A stretch of 64,000 nt of DNA from Bdellovibrionales bacterium (GTDB taxonomy: Bacteria; Bdellovibrionota; Bdellovibrionia; Bdellovibrionales; UBA1609). Position 1 is the stretch's first letter; every line of letters begins with the position of its first letter. The position numbers were made by a program, and so were the translations under genes. The stretch is taken from contig CBDHDF010000011.1 in assembly GCA_965261545.1 (NCBI GenBank), positions 704,001 to 768,000 of the forward strand. Direction: 5' to 3'. Below the pieces are notes generated by a model. That model made no database searches and was not told where the DNA came from. It worked only from the letters and a program-made list of their open reading frames with translations. Positions 60,985 to 64,000 of this stretch are shown here, piece after piece.

Positions 60985-63538
60985 CAATGGCATTCGTTTT
61001 TGCAGAAGGTTTTTCCACATTTTTCTGACTCCCTCTAACATACTGAGTTAAGGGGGCTTTTATCTTTTTTCTTTTTCCGAAAAAAAATACTTGAGTCCAC
61101 CCCATCGTTGTGTCACATTATATTTGAACCATTCCCAAAGGGGAGAGACTCAAATGGACCCACGCATAGAGACATTGCCTTCAACAACTTTTTTTGGAAG
61201 ACGCTTGACGCGCAAGCAAATTGCCGACATTCAAAAGACGGTGGCGCTATTTCCTTCTTTAAGTCGCCGTGAACTGGGTTATACAGTTTGTGAGCATCTT
61301 GGTTGGCTAACTCCCAAAGGTGATCATCGCATCCAATCGTGCCTTCGTATGCTTGAGACGCTAGAGGAACTTGACATTCTATCCCTGCCAGAAAAAGACA
61401 TGTCAAAGCGGAGTGTCCCCTCCAAAAAAATCACTTGGACACACCGAACAGATGAAAAGCCTCTCATCAACGATAAACTAGACTCATTGACCCCACTTTC
61501 TTTGCAAATCGTAACTGATCAAGAGGCCATTAAGGAATGGAATGAAGTTGTCGATCGGCATCATTATCTCAATTACAGACGTCCCTTTGGTCCCCATTTG
61601 CGCTATTTCATCCTAGATAATTGTGGGCGACGATTGGGTTGTCTTTTATTTGAAGCTGGCACATCCACTTTGCCTTGCCGTGATGAATGGATCGGTTGGC
61701 AAAATCGAGCTTACAAAAAGCACTTGAATTTAGTGGTGAACAATAGTCGATTTTTGATCTTTCCCTGGGTAAAGGTTCGCCATCTTGCTTCGATGGCTTT
61801 ATCTATGGCAACTCGCCAACTTCCCACAGACTGGGAGTTAAAACATGCTTTCAAACCTGTACTCATGGAGACTTTTGTCGACCTTACCAAATTTAATGCC
61901 ACGAGCTATCGTGCTGCCAACTGGCTTTATTTGGGCAAAACAAATGGGAGTCGTGCCTACAAAAATGTAAAGGGAAAAACTCAAAAAGGTGTTTATGTTC
62001 AACCTCTGACAAAGAATTATCAGTCTATCTTATTGAATGGCCCCCAATGCGCTATCAAGAAACCCGTCGGGAAACCCACCATCAAGCCACATAAGAACTT
62101 GGCTGAGCCTATGCTAGAGGACTCTTTTGTGCATCTTTGGCAAAACATCATCAAGACAGTGGTTATCATTGCAGATGAGTACGACCGAACCTGGCAAAAG
62201 CGTCAACGTGTCTTGAATACATTGTTGATTATACTTTTCATCTTCCGACTTGTTTTCTCTAAAGGAAAACAAGGTTATGATACAACTTTGATTGAACTTT
62301 GGGAGCAGTGTCGCATATTAGACATTGAACTCCCTCAACCTAAACCAGTTCGGGCATCCACTATGTGTAGTGCACGGGCTAAAGTAGATGAAAATATATT
62401 TAAAGTTTTGCATGATGAAATTCTTAAACAAGACGGTATATCCAATTCTAGTACCTTATGGAAGGGCCATAAGGTTTTCGCAGTGGATGGATCGAAAATA
62501 AATTTACCACGTCAACTCGTAGATAATGGGTATCAGCAACCATGGGAAAAAGCATGGTACCCTCAAGGTCTTGTCAGTTGCCTGTACCAACTACAGTCGA
62601 AGATTCCTGTGGATTTTGATCTCTTTGCCCATAACAATGAGAGAAAGGCTGCACAAACTCATTTCAAAAAATTGTTTGAAAACGATGTTGTGGTTTATGA
62701 TCGTGGCTATTATTCCTACGAAATGCTTCATGAGCATAAGGTGCGAAGTCTGCATGCGGTGTTTAGGATAAGGAGAAATGCCAACACTGTTTTTGATGAA
62801 TTTATTAATAATGATCAAAAAGACTCAGTGATCCAAGTCATTCCTAGCAAGCAAATTCTGAAAGAACTACATAAAAAAAAGCCACAAGACGACTTCAAAG
62901 CCTACGCTTTGCGTTTGGTCAAATATAAAATTGGACAAACTACTTTTGTTCTAGGAACAACCTTAATGGATCAAAAAAAATATTCCATTGATGATCTGGC
63001 CAATCTCTATCATGGACGCTGGAGTATAGAGGAACTGTACAAAATATCCAAAGAACTGATGACCATTGAAGAGTTTCATTCTCAAAGTGAAAGGGGAGTC
63101 AAACAAGAATTGTTTGCACACTTCACACTTATCACTCTGACAAGATTATTTTCCAACTACACGGAAGACCGTCTTAATACATCTCAATCCCATAGTAAAA
63201 AACAAACCATGCAGACAAACTTTAAAAACAATTTACTGACAATTGCAAGAAATATTGAAGGTCTTTTTCTTCAACAAAAGGTAGTGCTTAGTAAAACCCT
63301 CAATTGCATCATTACAAATATGAAGACCTGCCGACAAAGGCTACGTCCGAATAGGCATTACGACCGAGTTTCTAGAAAACCCATCGGAGTATGGAGACCC
63401 AGTAAAGAGGTTAGGGGGGCTATGGCCAACGGATAATCACATGGATCAAAGAAAAAAACTTGGGGTTAGCCCACCCCCGAGGAGTTAGAGGTTCAAATCC
63501 TTAACCGAATGGGATCTCTCACTAAACGAATGCCATTG
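60985..63538 (+). mobile_element. Large IS4 (DUF4338 fusion) copy 2, complete, 2554 bp
   Basis: Both IRs present. 10-bp TSD cctcttcatg at 60975-60984 and 63539-63548. Confidence 0.96.
61154..63436 (+). CDS. DUF4338-IS4 transposase fusion
   Basis: Near-identical to copy 1. Confidence 0.9.
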   Translation: MDPRIETLPSTTFFGRRLTRKQIADIQKTVALFPSLSRRELGYTVCEHLGWLTPKGDHRIQSCLRMLETLEELDILSLPEKDMSKRSVPSKKITWTHRTDEKPLINDKLDSLTPLSLQIVTDQEAIKEWNEVVDRHHYLNYRRPFGPHLRYFILDNCGRRLGCLLFEAGTSTLPCRDEWIGWQNRAYKKHLNLVVNNSRFLIFPWVKVRHLASMALSMATRQLPTDWELKHAFKPVLMETFVDLTKFNATSYRAANWLYLGKTNGSRAYKNVKGKTQKGVYVQPLTKNYQSILLNGPQCAIKKPVGKPTIKPHKNLAEPMLEDSFVHLWQNIIKTVVIIADEYDRTWQKRQRVLNTLLIILFIFRLVFSKGKQGYDTTLIELWEQCRILDIELPQPKPVRASTMCSARAKVDENIFKVLHDEILKQDGISNSSTLWKGHKVFAVDGSKINLPRQLVDNGYQQPWEKAWYPQGLVSCLYQLQSKIPVDFDLFAHNNERKAAQTHFKKLFENDVVVYDRGYYSYEMLHEHKVRSLHAVFRIRRNANTVFDEFINNDQKDSVIQVIPSKQILKELHKKKPQDDFKAYALRLVKYKIGQTTFVLGTTLMDQKKYSIDDLANLYHGRWSIEELYKISKELMTIEEFHSQSERGVKQELFAHFTLITLTRLFSNYTEDRLNTSQSHSKKQTMQTNFKNNLLTIARNIEGLFLQQKVVLSKTLNCIITNMKTCRQRLRPNRHYDRVSRKPIGVWRPSKEVRGAMANG

Positions 63539-64000
63539 CCTCTTCATGGGCTGTGTCGATCTGTGACAAACGATCTCGACGCTGCTTATCTTCAGCTTCA
63601 AGTCGCTCTCGCATAAGTTCGTCTTGAGACAAGTTCCACAAATTTTTGACGGCTCTTCCCATGTCCCTTCCTTTTTTGGCTAGCTCTTGGCTGGTTTGTT
63701 GATTCAGCTCATCCGATCTCTTTAAGAAATAGCACCACGCTTCACGCTGGTCAACAAGGCTGTCTAATCTGCCAATGAACTTGTTCAATTCTACAATGAC
63801 AAATTGCATACCATCGGTGAGTCTCAAATGAGGGTGTCTATCCTGCCTCATGCTGCATGTGTGGTAATAATCGTTGTCCTTGCGTAGCTCAGGAAGGTCC
63901 ACAGTACTGAAAACAAGGGAGTAAACAGTTCTTAATTTCTCGTATTTTTCTCCTTCTTTCACTTGATTGGAGTAGACCCGTCCCGCATAGGCAAGAAGGC

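Larger units (their letters stand above)
60733..64000 (-). pseudogene. Rpn/PD-(D/E)XK-family nuclease split by the DUF4338-IS4; 5' end off-window
   Basis: RLLAYAGRVYSNQ...IVELNKF...WCYFLK...AHEE joins GLEKG/GREEG repeats and IAEATGLS at 60733-60984. Confidence 0.88.

Overview
About 60% of this window (my estimate from the element boundaries) is nested insertion sequences: IS1634, two IS21 types, a small IS4, a DUF4338-fused IS4, ISCR/IS91, IS256, IS3, IS110, IS1111 and an ISNCY/IS5-like element. There are also two group II introns. These elements have invaded a dual CRISPR-Cas locus. The type I-G interference operon (cas3-cas8g-csb1-csb2) is intact. It converges on a type III-B Cmr operon with a Csx1-like CARF-HEPN-CARF effector, in which cmr1 has a nonsense stop and cmr3 and cmr5 are IS-split. 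cas2 remains, but apparently only the last codons of cas4/1 do, and the I-G array is split and partly duplicated. The few other genes are a lytic transglycosylase, two hypotheticals, an orphan AbiEi antitoxin and an IS-split Rpn-type nuclease. The most notable observations are: (1) an IS1111 element joined to the end of a CRISPR repeat, with a candidate donor-binding RNA loop and an associated array duplication; (2) a tandem IS110 whose bridge-RNA guides can be read against its own insertion site; (3) a conserved out-of-frame start in the small IS4 that suggests unrecognised recoding; (4) an ORF-less group II intron inside an IS256 gene; (5) a covarying DnaA-box hairpin shared by IS21 and IS1111. 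All calls are from reading the sequence; no database searches were run.
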